IMG/VR virus record: IMGVR_UViG_3300045988_120747
Span: 1 to 27,355 of that record
Length of the DNA: 27,355 nucleotides
From: a virus
Reading direction: 5' to 3' (one strand)
The notes below the pieces were generated by a model. It was not told where the DNA came from and did no database searches. It saw only the letters and a program-made list of their open reading frames with translations. This document shows, piece after piece, positions 6,806-14,010 of this stretch. The translations under genes and the position numbers were made by a program. Every line of letters begins with the position of its first letter. Positions within the stretch are counted from its first letter, which is position 1.

Positions 6806-8393
6806 GCCTCGGCAGACTAAAGCAAAGTAGCCCACCATTGATAATAATTCTTGGTACCGGTGGAGCGACACCCGGAATTATTATCAATCCTATTTCGGGG
6901 TCGTCCCAATCTGTATTAAAGTCAAATGTTCCGTCCGGTTTCGCATCCAGCAGCGTCCAGACCCTTATTCTGTCCTTGCCGACCTCTACCCGGACAACTA
7001 CGCTCAGAAGAGCGGGAATATCGTTCGCGGCGACCTTGAGCAGCTCACGGAGCCTGTCCTCGGGGATCGTCGTGCCCTGCGCCTGGTTATGCAGCGTTGT
7101 CATTTCACGGTCGTTCTGCGCCTGCTCGGCCTCCAGCGCGTGAACCGTGTCAATCAGGGACTGACTGTGCATACCGGCAAGCACCGCGCTCATGGCGGCG
7201 TCGAGCTGCTTCTTTATCTCGGCCTGCCGGTCAAATAGGGCTTTCATGCGCATAGCCGTCTGTTCCTGAATCTTCCCGCGCTCCTCGCGCAGTATACAGA
7301 TAAGCCCGTCGACATTCTCAGGGTTCCCGAGCATATTTTTGATAGCCTCGGCAATCATGCGTTCAAGATCGTCAACCTTGATAGGCATATTGTCACAGGT
7401 TTTCTTTCGCTTCTTCTCAGAGCAGGCATAGTAATAATACCCACCCTGCGAGCACGTCACGGACATTGAGGCCTTGCACTCCCCGCAGAACACTTTCCCC
7501 TTGAGCGGGTACTCCCTGACTCTCACAGGCCGTCCCGCCTGCTTGCGTTTGTTTGCCATAAGCTTCTCCTGTACTATATCCCAAGTTTCCCGGTCGACAA
7601 TGGCCGGTATCATGTCCTCCATGCGCATCACCGTAGACGCGACAGCATGACTGTTCCGGCTGCCGTCCGGGCGCTTCTGCGTCCGTCCATAGGTCAGCAC
7701 GCCGATATACTTCTCGTTCTTCAGTAGGTCGTGCAGACTGTTAGACCCGAACGTGCCGCCCGACTTCGTGCGCCGTCCCTCGGCGTTGAGCCGCTGGATG
7801 ATCTCCCGATAAGACCGCCCGGCGGCATAGTCCCCGAAGATGATGCGCACCGTCTCGGCCTCAGGCTCGCAGACCTCGATCCTGCCGTCGATGACGACAT
7901 ACCCGAGCGGGGGCACGCCGCCGGTATACTTCCCCTGCTCAGCCATCCAGCGCATTTTCTCACAGACCTTTTGCCGGGTCTGCAAAACCCACATCTGATT
8001 CATAAGTGCCATGCCACCCTCTGACATGAACGTCGCAGGGTCGCGCAGATCGCCGCCGATCATCGGCTGAGTCACTGATACCACCCGGACGCCAAGACGC
8101 TCCAGACGCTCACGCAGAGTGAACCACGCGGTCATTTTGCGAAACATACGGCTTTGATCATAGATAACGACCGTGTCCGCGCCGCCCTCCGAGAGCAGCC
8201 GCATCATACGGTCAAACTGCGGCCGGGTCTCTTTCATGCCGCTGACAGCTTCATCCGCGAACACATCCAGCACAGGGAGCCGCTGCCGGTCGCACCACTC
8301 GCGGCACCTGCTGACCTGAACCTCGATACTGTCGGCATCCTGCCGGTCGGTCGAGAACCGGGCAAGGATATATGCCCCGTGAGTTAACTTCAT
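6783..8393 (-). CDS. int: Large serine recombinase (integrase)
   Basis: N-terminal resolvase motif YILARFSTDRQ, a recombinase domain (GGVPPLGY, YREIIQRLN), a zinc ribbon (CGEC...YYYYACSEKKRKKTCDN) and a C-terminal coiled coil. Confidence 0.9.
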   Translation of the reverse strand: MKLTHGAYILARFSTDRQDADSIEVQVSRCREWCDRQRLPVLDVFADEAVSGMKETRPQFDRMMRLLSEGGADTVVIYDQSRMFRKMTAWFTLRERLERLGVRVVSVTQPMIGGDLRDPATFMSEGGMALMNQMWVLQTRQKVCEKMRWMAEQGKYTGGVPPLGYVVIDGRIEVCEPEAETVRIIFGDYAAGRSYREIIQRLNAEGRRTKSGGTFGSNSLHDLLKNEKYIGVLTYGRTQKRPDGSRNSHAVASTVMRMEDMIPAIVDRETWDIVQEKLMANKRKQAGRPVRVREYPLKGKVFCGECKASMSVTCSQGGYYYYACSEKKRKKTCDNMPIKVDDLERMIAEAIKNMLGNPENVDGLICILREERGKIQEQTAMRMKALFDRQAEIKKQLDAAMSAVLAGMHSQSLIDTVHALEAEQAQNDREMTTLHNQAQGTTIPEDRLRELLKVAANDIPALLSVVVRVEVGKDRIRVWTLLDAKPDGTFDFNTDWDDPEIGLIIIPGVAPPVPRIIINGGLLCFSLPRQKKSRAE

Positions 8394-8410
8394 ATGACAC
8401 CCTCTTTCAA

Positions 8411-8440
8411 AGCCCTCGGCATATAGCCGGGGGCTTTTTC
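8411..8440 (+). terminator. Hairpin plus T-run, oriented for the + strand (antisense to the flanking genes)
   Basis: agccctcggc-atata-gccgggggct followed by ttttt. The stem is 10 bp, with one G-U pair on the + strand that becomes a mismatch on the - strand. Confidence 0.45.
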
Positions 8441-8444
8441 TTTA

Positions 8445-8849
8445 TCAAAGGCCGAGCTGCTGCTTGAGCGCGTCCTGAAGCACCTGCGAGAAGTTCATAT
8501 TATGCTCCAGCGCGGCAGCGTTGAGCCATGCGGGGAGCGTGACAGTGCGGTTGACGGAGCGGTTGACACGCGCCTGACGGATGGAGGGCATATACACATC
8601 CACCAGCACCGCGCGCTCATTCTCGCTGAGTTGAACGGCATTAAGACGCGATGGAGCGGGAATGTCCTCCCCGTCCTCCTCAAGACCGAAGAGGGTAATG
8701 CCCAGCAGTTCACGCGCGGAGAGCAGGGCGTCATCATCATCAACGCCGCTGGTGGCCACATCCAGATCAGGAAACATGACGGAAATCTCTTCGCCGGGCT
8801 CATATGAGAACACGGCAGGATAAATATAACGATCCGGTTTTTTCTTCAT
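8445..8849 (-). CDS. hicB: HicB-family antitoxin with a C-terminal ribbon-helix-helix-like DNA-binding tail
   Basis: YIYPAVFSYEPGEEISVMFPDLDVATSGVDDDDALLSARELLGITL is a typical HicB N-domain. The C-terminus reads RTVTLPAWLNAAALEHNMNFSQVLQDALK. It lies directly downstream of hicA. Confidence 0.85.
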   Translation of the reverse strand: MKKKPDRYIYPAVFSYEPGEEISVMFPDLDVATSGVDDDDALLSARELLGITLFGLEEDGEDIPAPSRLNAVQLSENERAVLVDVYMPSIRQARVNRSVNRTVTLPAWLNAAALEHNMNFSQVLQDALKQQLGL

Positions 8850-8884
8850 TCAAAAAACTCCTTTCGATAAGGGAGAGCGGGGGC

Positions 8885-9082
8885 TCACCTGAATTTGAGC
8901 CCCGACTGTCTCTCTATGCTGTCCAATGTCTTGCGTGGGATGTCCTTGCAAGGGCTTTTGACTGTCACACGGCCGGGTTTCGTCGGATGCTTGAACTGAT
9001 GATGACTTCCGACTATGTTCACTTCATACCAACCGGCAACGATCAGAGCCGTGATGACTTCTCTTGCTGAGTAGCTCTTCAA
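8885..9082 (-). CDS. hicA: HicA-family mRNA interferase toxin (TTG start)
   Basis: LKSYSAREVITALIVAGWYEVNIVGSHHQFKHPTKPGRVTVKSPCKDIPRKTLDSIERQSGLKF is the HicA signature. AGGAGGG lies 6 nt before the TTG. The ORF-track ATG at 9133 would fall inside the promoter. Confidence 0.85.
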   Translation of the reverse strand: MKSYSAREVITALIVAGWYEVNIVGSHHQFKHPTKPGRVTVKSPCKDIPRKTLDSIERQSGLKFR

Positions 9083-9104
9083 CTGTATCCCTCCTGACAA
9101 TGTT

Positions 9105-9133
9105 ATTATAACAAATATAATTATATTTGTCAA
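9105..9133 (-). promoter_or_regulatory. hicAB promoter: TTGACA-17 nt-TATAAT
   Basis: The minus strand reads ttgacaaatataattatatttgttataat, with both hexamers at consensus and a 17-nt spacer. It lies a few nt upstream of the hicA RBS. Confidence 0.75.
9111..9130. promoter_or_regulatory. Perfect 20-bp palindrome in the promoter spacer, overlapping the -35 hexamer by 3 nt (likely HicB operator)
   Basis: acaaatataa|ttatatttgt is its own reverse complement. Confidence 0.6.
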
Positions 9134-9154
9134 CAGAAACTTGCGGCGCGGAGA

Positions 9155-9733
9155 TTATTTCTTTTCCTGCCACATGGCAACATCGGAGCGGACAGCGATA
9201 CCGACCACAACAAGCGTGGCCAGGATGAGCGGCGCGAGCGCCACAACAAAGATGCTTGTGCCGGTGCTCTGGAACAATCCCGCGTCTTTTACGGATGCGT
9301 CGAAGATCATATAGGCGATGAGGGCGCACACCAGCAGTACACAGACGGCCACAAGCGCATAGACCATGGGGCGGTATGAAGAAAAGCGCTTATCCTTTTC
9401 GGCGTCCAATTCCTCCAGCCGCCGGATGTCCCCGGCCTGCCTGACATTCTCCAATTCGAGCTGGTGTATGCGCTTGGTCAGCTCGGAGACGTCCTGCGGC
9501 TCTCTGAGACCGCACAGCTCATCAAGCGACAGGCCGAACAGGTCGGCAATAGCTGCCTGCTCGAACAGCTTCGGGTTGCAGGCAGTTCCGGCGCTCTGCG
9601 TGGCTATGGCGGAGTAGCTCACGCCCGCCGCCTCGGACAGATCATTGAGGGACATGTGATGCTCACTACGGGCGTCGGTTATCTTGCTGTTGTACGCATC
9701 AAAAAAGGGCTGCAAACGCTGATAAGGTGTCAT
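9155..9733 (-). CDS. Membrane-tethered XRE-family HTH protein (HTH - coiled coil - 2 TM helices)
   Basis: HTH region: MSLNDLSEAAGVSYSAIATQSAG...IADLFGLSLDELCG. Coiled coil: IHQLELENVRQAGDIRRLEELDAEKDK. Hydrophobic helices: MVYALVAVCVLLVCALIAYMIF and IFVVALAPLILATLVVVGIAV. Confidence 0.7.
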   Translation of the reverse strand: MTPYQRLQPFFDAYNSKITDARSEHHMSLNDLSEAAGVSYSAIATQSAGTACNPKLFEQAAIADLFGLSLDELCGLREPQDVSELTKRIHQLELENVRQAGDIRRLEELDAEKDKRFSSYRPMVYALVAVCVLLVCALIAYMIFDASVKDAGLFQSTGTSIFVVALAPLILATLVVVGIAVRSDVAMWQEKK

Positions 9734-9895
9734 TTCTTATCTTATCCTCCCAGAAAATTTTCAGATTCCGAAAACCGGGAAACACGATTTAGCAGAAAAT
9801 GACCCGGCTTGTCAGAAACAGACGTGGACATTATCATGCTGCGTCTGCTACCATATAGGCGTAGCAGACAGTCAGGGGCAGACATTTGTTATAAA

Positions 9896-9927
9896 GCCCC
9901 GGCAAAGGCGGGCACCAATGCCGGGGC
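9896..9927 (-). terminator. Hairpin 7 nt after the stop of the 9934..10665 gene
   Basis: gccccggca - 14 nt - tgccggggc. On the minus strand it is followed by tttataa. Confidence 0.45.
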
Positions 9928-9933
9928 GGTCTA

Positions 9934-10665
9934 TTAAGTACGATAATCGAAAACAATGCTTCCGTCAAAAACAAAGTATATCGCGGTCTCATTCTCAAAC
10001 GTTATATAGAAATCACTGCGGATCATTGCCCCGAAAGAATTTTGCGCGTCGACGTAGGAACTCACCCAGAATTGGCCGTCTCTCTTATCAATACGCCAGC
10101 CCTGCTGCGGGTCATACCACTCGCCGGGAAACTCGGCGGTACTGGGAGCTTTGAGAACGGATTTAACAAGATCCTCCGAAGCGGTTATGTACTGAATGGC
10201 TTCTTCTGTGGTAGGGAGAAGATCAAACGGCATCTGCTTAATTTCTCCGTTGTCATAAAAGACCATTGTGCCGGAATAAATCTTTGAAACATCATCACCG
10301 GAGAAAACAACACTGAAAGTATATCCCTCCTGTGAAAAATACGGCGCACCATCTTCCCCGATAGAAAGCTTGCCCGCGCTGAGACCTAAGTCCGTACATA
10401 GTGACAGCATATTTTCGGCTTGCGCAAGAGTGAGATCGTTCTCTTCGGCGTATATTTCTTCAGAACTCTTTACGGCTTCCGGAGTAGGCGCAGCATCGGA
10501 ACCGGCGGCAGTAGTATTATCGGTCAATGCACCCTTGATGAAGAGGACAAGGCAAATAAGCAGACCGAGGAGTATTTTCTTTTTAGGCTTTTTGTTGAAC
10601 AAGCGAATGATAAGCCATATCAGCAAAACAAAGAAAACGACGAATGAAAATATTGACAACCACAT
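9934..10665 (-). CDS. Membrane-anchored protein of unknown function (moron); 2 N-terminal TM helices plus an extracytoplasmic domain
   Basis: Visibly more AT-rich than its surroundings. GGAGG lies 9 nt before ATG 10665 (the ORF-track start at 10701 has no RBS). N-terminus: MWLSIFSFVVFFVLLIWLIIRLF-KKPKKK-ILLGLLICLVLF. The C-terminal motif is APSTAEFP...VDAQNSFGAMIRSDF. Confidence 0.7.
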   Translation of the reverse strand: MWLSIFSFVVFFVLLIWLIIRLFNKKPKKKILLGLLICLVLFIKGALTDNTTAAGSDAAPTPEAVKSSEEIYAEENDLTLAQAENMLSLCTDLGLSAGKLSIGEDGAPYFSQEGYTFSVVFSGDDVSKIYSGTMVFYDNGEIKQMPFDLLPTTEEAIQYITASEDLVKSVLKAPSTAEFPGEWYDPQQGWRIDKRDGQFWVSSYVDAQNSFGAMIRSDFYITFENETAIYFVFDGSIVFDYRT

Positions 10666-10712
10666 TCCATAAAACCTCCACGTCAAAGAGTTGCCCTGCA
10701 AATATGAACATT

Positions 10713-10741
10713 ATATTAACACCATTTCAAGATTTTATCAA
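10713..10741 (-). promoter_or_regulatory. Candidate promoter of the moron gene (TTGATA-17-TAATAT with TGn extension)
   Basis: The minus strand reads ttgataaaatcttgaaatggtgttaatat. It lies about 40 nt upstream of the RBS. Confidence 0.4.
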
Positions 10742-10793
10742 GGAACTATATACTCGGTAGCATATAGAAAAACGCGAAAGGAGTTTGAGCACT

Positions 10794-10904
10794 TTGACCA
10801 AAAACGACGAAGAGCGGGAGATTCTGAAAGCAGAGATCATTAAGCTGCTGCGAAACGCGAGCATATCCGACCTGCGCGCGGTCTATATCTGGCTGACTAC
10901 ATAG
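10794..10904 (+). CDS. Micro-ORF (36 aa, TTG start), hypothetical
   Basis: gaaaggag RBS lies 10 nt upstream. Product: LTKNDEEREILKAEIIKLLRNASISDLRAVYIWLTT*. It ends just before the bidirectional terminator. Confidence 0.3.
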   Translation: MTKNDEEREILKAEIIKLLRNASISDLRAVYIWLTT

Positions 10905-10917
10905 CAAGGCACCCAGC

Positions 10918-10960
10918 AAAAAAAGGAACCCGAATCATCACGATTCGGGTTCCTTTTTTT
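10918..10960. terminator. Bidirectional rho-independent terminator
   Basis: A7 - ggaacccgaatc - atcac - gattcgggttcc - T7, a perfect 12-bp stem. The repressor stop codon (10938..10940) lies in the loop. Confidence 0.85.
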
Positions 10961-11330
10961 CTGCCTCGGCAAGCACGTCGGTATAGATTTTTTCAAGCAC
11001 CTGCCATTCGGGGCCGTCAGGCTCATACCGAAGCAGGACGCGCACGGCGCGCCGCGCGAGGCTGTCAGGCCTGCCGTTCATAAGGCGCTTGAGGTTACGG
11101 GCAAGCTCCTCGGATTCCTCTTCCGGGCGGAACATCTCACCGGCTCCGGTGCGCAGCCATATCTCATTAACGCCGAACTCGCGGCAGATGGCACGAATGG
11201 TCTGCTCACTGGGGTTATTCTTCCCCACTTCGATTGCGCTGACTGAGGAAGCTGTTATACCAATGCGCTCGCCGAACTTTTCGAGCGTTAACCCTACGCT
11301 CTTACGCACGGTCTTAATACGGGTGTTCAT
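10938..11330 (-). CDS. CI-like repressor, XRE-family HTH
   Basis: MNTRIKTVRKSVGLTLEKFGERIGITASSVSAIEVGKNNPSEQTIRAICREFGVNEIWLRTG is a classic HTH_3. aaaggtgg RBS lies 8 nt before ATG 11330. The gene is divergent from the early operon. Confidence 0.85.
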   Translation of the reverse strand: MNTRIKTVRKSVGLTLEKFGERIGITASSVSAIEVGKNNPSEQTIRAICREFGVNEIWLRTGAGEMFRPEEESEELARNLKRLMNGRPDSLARRAVRVLLRYEPDGPEWQVLEKIYTDVLAEAEKKEPES

Positions 11331-11354
11331 TGGGTACACCACCTTTCAAGCAGG

Positions 11355-11383
11355 AGTATAAGGGTGAGATTGAAAAAAGTCAA
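11355..11383 (-). promoter_or_regulatory. Repressor promoter (TTGACT-17-TATACT)
   Basis: The minus strand reads ttgacttttttcaatctcacccttatact, directly upstream of the repressor RBS. Confidence 0.6.
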
Positions 11384-11396
11384 GAAATTTTTCAAT
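11369..11396. promoter_or_regulatory. Inverted repeat (operator-like) overlapping the repressor promoter
   Basis: attgaaaaa - 10 nt - tttttcaat. Confidence 0.45.
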
Positions 11397-11413
11397 TAAA
11401 GCGAAAATAGCGC

Positions 11414-11442
11414 TTGACATTTCGACTAAAACGAATTATACT
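11414..11442 (+). promoter_or_regulatory. Early (lytic) promoter TTGACA-17-TATACT
   Basis: ttgacatttcgactaaaacgaattatact, about 55 nt upstream of the first early ORF. Confidence 0.65.
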
Positions 11443-11495
11443 TCATTTAAGCTGAAAAACAAATCAACTGCAACATGAAAAGGAGATGGGGAAAG

Positions 11496-11654
11496 ATGAT
11501 GACTTTTGAGGAAATGAAAGAATACTTACTGGCCGAGCTGAAAGAAGAGCGCGAGAAGATGCTCAAGAAGCAGGGGAGCAATTACTCCTACATCTTCATG
11601 CTCTGCAATGACATGGGGCTTATAGACCCGGCAAAGGAGATGGGGGAACGATGA
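11496..11654 (+). CDS. First early ORF (52 aa), hypothetical; no HTH seen
   Basis: aaaggag RBS. Product: MMTFEEMKEYLLAELKEEREKMLKKQGSNYSYIFMLCNDMGLIDPAKEMGER*. Confidence 0.45.
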   Translation: MMTFEEMKEYLLAELKEEREKMLKKQGSNYSYIFMLCNDMGLIDPAKEMGER

Positions 11655-11779
11655 GACGCGAACAGCTGTTTGATACGGCGCACGAAGCCTTTACTTTTCT
11701 GAGAAATTACACAAAGCATGGCTGGCTCGGCTACGTCGAGCGGGTCGGTGACAAGTTCAAGCTTGTCATTGCTTGCTGA
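11651..11779 (+). CDS. Micro-ORF (42 aa), hypothetical
   Basis: ATGA overlap with the upstream stop. Product: MRREQLFDTAHEAFTFLRNYTKHGWLGYVERVGDKFKLVIAC*. Confidence 0.4.
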   Translation: MRREQLFDTAHEAFTFLRNYTKHGWLGYVERVGDKFKLVIAC

Positions 11780-11793
11780 GAGGAGAGAAAGCG

Positions 11794-11979
11794 ATGAACA
11801 TACCACGGATAGCGTTCTACACATTAGGCGTCGTGCTGATTTCAATTGCGGCCGTTAATCTCATTCGCGCAACGGTCGAGCTTGCTAAAATCGGCGAGTG
11901 GGGCGCTGTGCTGTTTGCAGCTGCGACATTTGCATACATTGCGCTGGGGACATACGTCAAGTTTTCAAGCGGCAATTAA
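11794..11979 (+). CDS. Small membrane protein (61 aa, 2 TM)
   Basis: gagaggag RBS. Product: MNIPRIAFYTLGVVLISIAAVNLIRATVELAKIGEWGAVLFAAATFAYIALGTYV. Confidence 0.55.
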   Translation: MNIPRIAFYTLGVVLISIAAVNLIRATVELAKIGEWGAVLFAAATFAYIALGTYVKFSSGN

Positions 11980-12100
11980 GAATGTGATTGAATGAATTTC
12001 AACAATTTATAACCTTTAGCACTTACCACAACAATCACCCCCTTTCCCGCTGCATTATATCAGCTCCGGGAGCGGGAGACAACAAAAGGAGAACAACATT

Positions 12101-12271
12101 ATGAGCGATCAGGAAAAAAGAGCCATGCGCCTTGAAATGGCCGAGAAGATAAGCAATCTGCCGGATGAATATGTCCGCACCCTGCTTGACCGTGCAACCG
12201 GCGCAAAGGATATGTACGACATGATGTGCGGGCAGCAGCCCGCACCCGCAGCACAGGAGGCGGGGAGATGA
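12101..12271 (+). CDS. Hypothetical protein (56 aa)
   Basis: aaaaggag RBS. Product: MSDQEKRAMRLEMAEKISNLPDEYVRTLLDRATGAKDMYDMMCGQQPAPAAQEAGR*. Confidence 0.5.
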   Translation: MSDQEKRAMRLEMAEKISNLPDEYVRTLLDRATGAKDMYDMMCGQQPAPAAQEAGR

Positions 12272-12561
12272 CGCGGAAACGCTTTGTCAAGCTGCTTATG
12301 AGCAGCGGCATGAGCCGAAACCACGCTAACGCCTACGCACGCCGGGCGGTCGAGCACTACAGCAGCTACGATGCAGCGAACGCGCAGGCCATCCAGCGAA
12401 CATTGACGGTCTGCGTCGAGGGTATAGAGTTGTTCAAGAAAATGCTGCTGAGAATATCTGACGTGATTGCCGACGTCATCCGGCAGGATGAAGAGCTTGC
12501 AGAAAAGTGCCTCACCGGTCTCGCTAATCGCTGGGGCGTGGAGGAGGGACAGCAAAAATGA
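12268..12561 (+). CDS. Hypothetical protein (97 aa)
   Basis: ATGA overlap and an aggagg RBS. The product begins MTRKRFVKLLMSSGMSRNHANAYARRAVEHYSSY... Confidence 0.6.
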   Translation: MTRKRFVKLLMSSGMSRNHANAYARRAVEHYSSYDAANAQAIQRTLTVCVEGIELFKKMLLRISDVIADVIRQDEELAEKCLTGLANRWGVEEGQQK

Positions 12562-12737
12562 TAGTAATGACCCGAACGGGCGAAGTCATTGCTCCACCCA
12601 TGCCGAGCGAGCCGCAGCGGCGTGCCGCGCAGCAGGATACGCTATGGGCGGAGGTGTTCCGGGCATACCTCCGCCGTCACCCCGAGGCGCTCGAAGCGCT
12701 GGAGGAGGGCACAGAATGTACAGGCACGTGCTGCTGA
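12558..12737 (+). CDS. Hypothetical protein (59 aa)
   Basis: ATGA overlap and a ggaggaggg RBS. The product begins MIVMTRTGEVIAPPMPSEPQRRAAQQDTLWAEVFRAYLRRHPEALEALEEG... Confidence 0.45.
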   Translation: MIVMTRTGEVIAPPMPSEPQRRAAQQDTLWAEVFRAYLRRHPEALEALEEGTECTGTCC

Positions 12738-12973
12738 AGGAGACCGGTACTGACCGGATATTGATAATGGAGAGCTCTGGGACGATTCAGGAACGGAAAG
12801 TCAAGAACTATCTGAAAGCCGGGTGGGAGCAGGTTGGCCAGATTGAAAGCCCTATGCACGATTTTGAGTTGACTGCCGGACTTACATCTGAGCTTCGCAC
12901 CAAGCATGAAAAAATCCTCAAGAACCTCATTCAGGCGGACGCTGCCCTGCGTATCGCCATGGGGCAAATTTAA
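12716..12973 (+). CDS. Hypothetical protein (85 aa)
   Basis: ggaggaggg RBS before ATG 12716. Product: MYRHVLLKETGTDRILIMESSGTIQERKVKNYLKAGWEQVGQIESPMHDFELTAG... The upstream part of ORF-track 12467..12973 overlaps better-supported genes. Confidence 0.55.
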   Translation: MYRHVLLKETGTDRILIMESSGTIQERKVKNYLKAGWEQVGQIESPMHDFELTAGLTSELRTKHEKILKNLIQADAALRIAMGQI

Positions 12974-12988
12974 TAAGGAGATGGAGTA

Positions 12989-13255
12989 ATGAGCACAGGG
13001 ACAATGTGCCTGCTTATATCGGTGGGCGTTCTGATCCTCGCGATGATCTACTTGGATATCGTCGACGAGCGGTGGGCGAAGATCAAGGAACTTGCGGAGG
13101 AGCAGGGCTGGGCAGACCCGGCCAAGGTACAGGAGCTGGATAAACGCCCGCGCAGCCGCGCCGCGCACCGCCGCGGCAGACCGGCACCGGCGCCGGCAGC
13201 GATGGACGCAGAGTATTTTACCATGCCCGATGGCGAGAGAGTGAGGCGCAGATGA
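12989..13255 (+). CDS. Small membrane-anchored protein (88 aa)
   Basis: aaggag RBS. N-terminal TM helix: MCLLISVGVLILAMIYL. Confidence 0.55.
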   Translation: MSTGTMCLLISVGVLILAMIYLDIVDERWAKIKELAEEQGWADPAKVQELDKRPRSRAAHRRGRPAPAPAAMDAEYFTMPDGERVRRR

Positions 13256-13491
13256 ACAAGCCCATTTACACCATGACGGACGCAGAGCTTCAGGCTGAGA
13301 ACGACCGTCTGCTCCGCGAGAATGACCGTCTCTGCAAGGCGCTTGCCGACATGGCCGAGGAGAACGCGGAGCTGCGCGCCAAGTATGACGGCATTGTGTT
13401 TGCCATAAAGGCACTCCAGAAAAAGATCAGAGAGGAGGAGAAGAGGCATGCCGGAGGAAGAAAGAGCGGTGCCGGAGCAGGAAGAGTTTAA
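13252..13491 (+). CDS. Coiled-coil protein (79 aa), hypothetical
   Basis: ATGA overlap. Heptad-like sequence: TDAELQAENDRLLRENDRLCKALADMAEENAELRAKYD. Confidence 0.55.
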   Translation: MNKPIYTMTDAELQAENDRLLRENDRLCKALADMAEENAELRAKYDGIVFAIKALQKKIREEEKRHAGGRKSGAGAGRV

Positions 13492-13699
13492 GCTCCGCTC
13501 CTGCAAGCATAAGAACTGCAAGTACCGCGCCACCAGCAACAACGCATACGGCGTGTACAACTGCGACTATGCTCTTGTGACCGGCCACACCCGCGCGGCG
13601 CAGCACCCCCTCGACAAGCGCCAGCCTGCGGACTGCATGCTGTACGAGCCGCGCACCGGCAAGAAGCCACGGCGTAAGCCCTTTGTACAGACAGGATGA
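13448..13699 (+). CDS. Cys-rich small protein (83 aa), hypothetical
   Basis: gaggaggag RBS. Cys pattern: CKHKNCKY....YNCDYALVTGHTR....C. Confidence 0.55.
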   Translation: MPEEERAVPEQEEFKLRSCKHKNCKYRATSNNAYGVYNCDYALVTGHTRAAQHPLDKRQPADCMLYEPRTGKKPRRKPFVQTG

Positions 13700-14010
13700 A
13701 GATGAGCACCAAGAAGAAAGAGACGTTTCGGCAGTATATAAGCCTGTGCCCCGACCACTACCGGAGATTCGACACCAAGCATTACCAACTGACCCACGAA
13801 GCAGACAACAGCAGCTGCGCATTTTGCGGACGCGCGGCAGCACAGTACAGTTTCATACCCCGGTACGTAATCCGGCAGCAGCGGCAGCGCAGCGCTCCAG
13901 CGCGCAGCCGCGACACGCGGGCACAGTACCGGGGAGACTGGAGGGAGTCAATATATGGAAACAACAATGACAGCAGCGAGCGCCCGGAAGAAGATGCCCT
14001 GCCCTACTGA
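13696..14010 (+). CDS. Hypothetical Cys-containing protein; the 3' part overlaps VRR-NUC and the true end is uncertain
   Basis: ATGA overlap. The product begins MKMSTKKKETFRQYISLCPDHYRRFDTKHYQLTHEADNSSCAFCGR. The last ~55 nt overlap the next gene, and the C-terminal third is Arg/Ser-rich and low complexity. Confidence 0.4.
   Translation: MKMSTKKKETFRQYISLCPDHYRRFDTKHYQLTHEADNSSCAFCGRAAAQYSFIPRYVIRQQRQRSAPARSRDTRAQYRGDWRESIYGNNNDSSERPEEDALPY

Noticed and set aside
10666-10701. Upstream ATG 10701 as the start of the membrane moron gene
   Set aside because: It has no RBS and would lie essentially at the predicted transcription start. The in-frame ATG 10665 has GGAGG 9 nt upstream and starts directly at the first TM helix.
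12677-13560. Minus-strand ORFs of 245 aa and 170 aa in the early region
   Set aside because: The products are Arg/Cys/Ala/Pro-rich and lack an RBS. The + strand carries a chain of RBS-preceded, ATGA-coupled ORFs that explains the region better.
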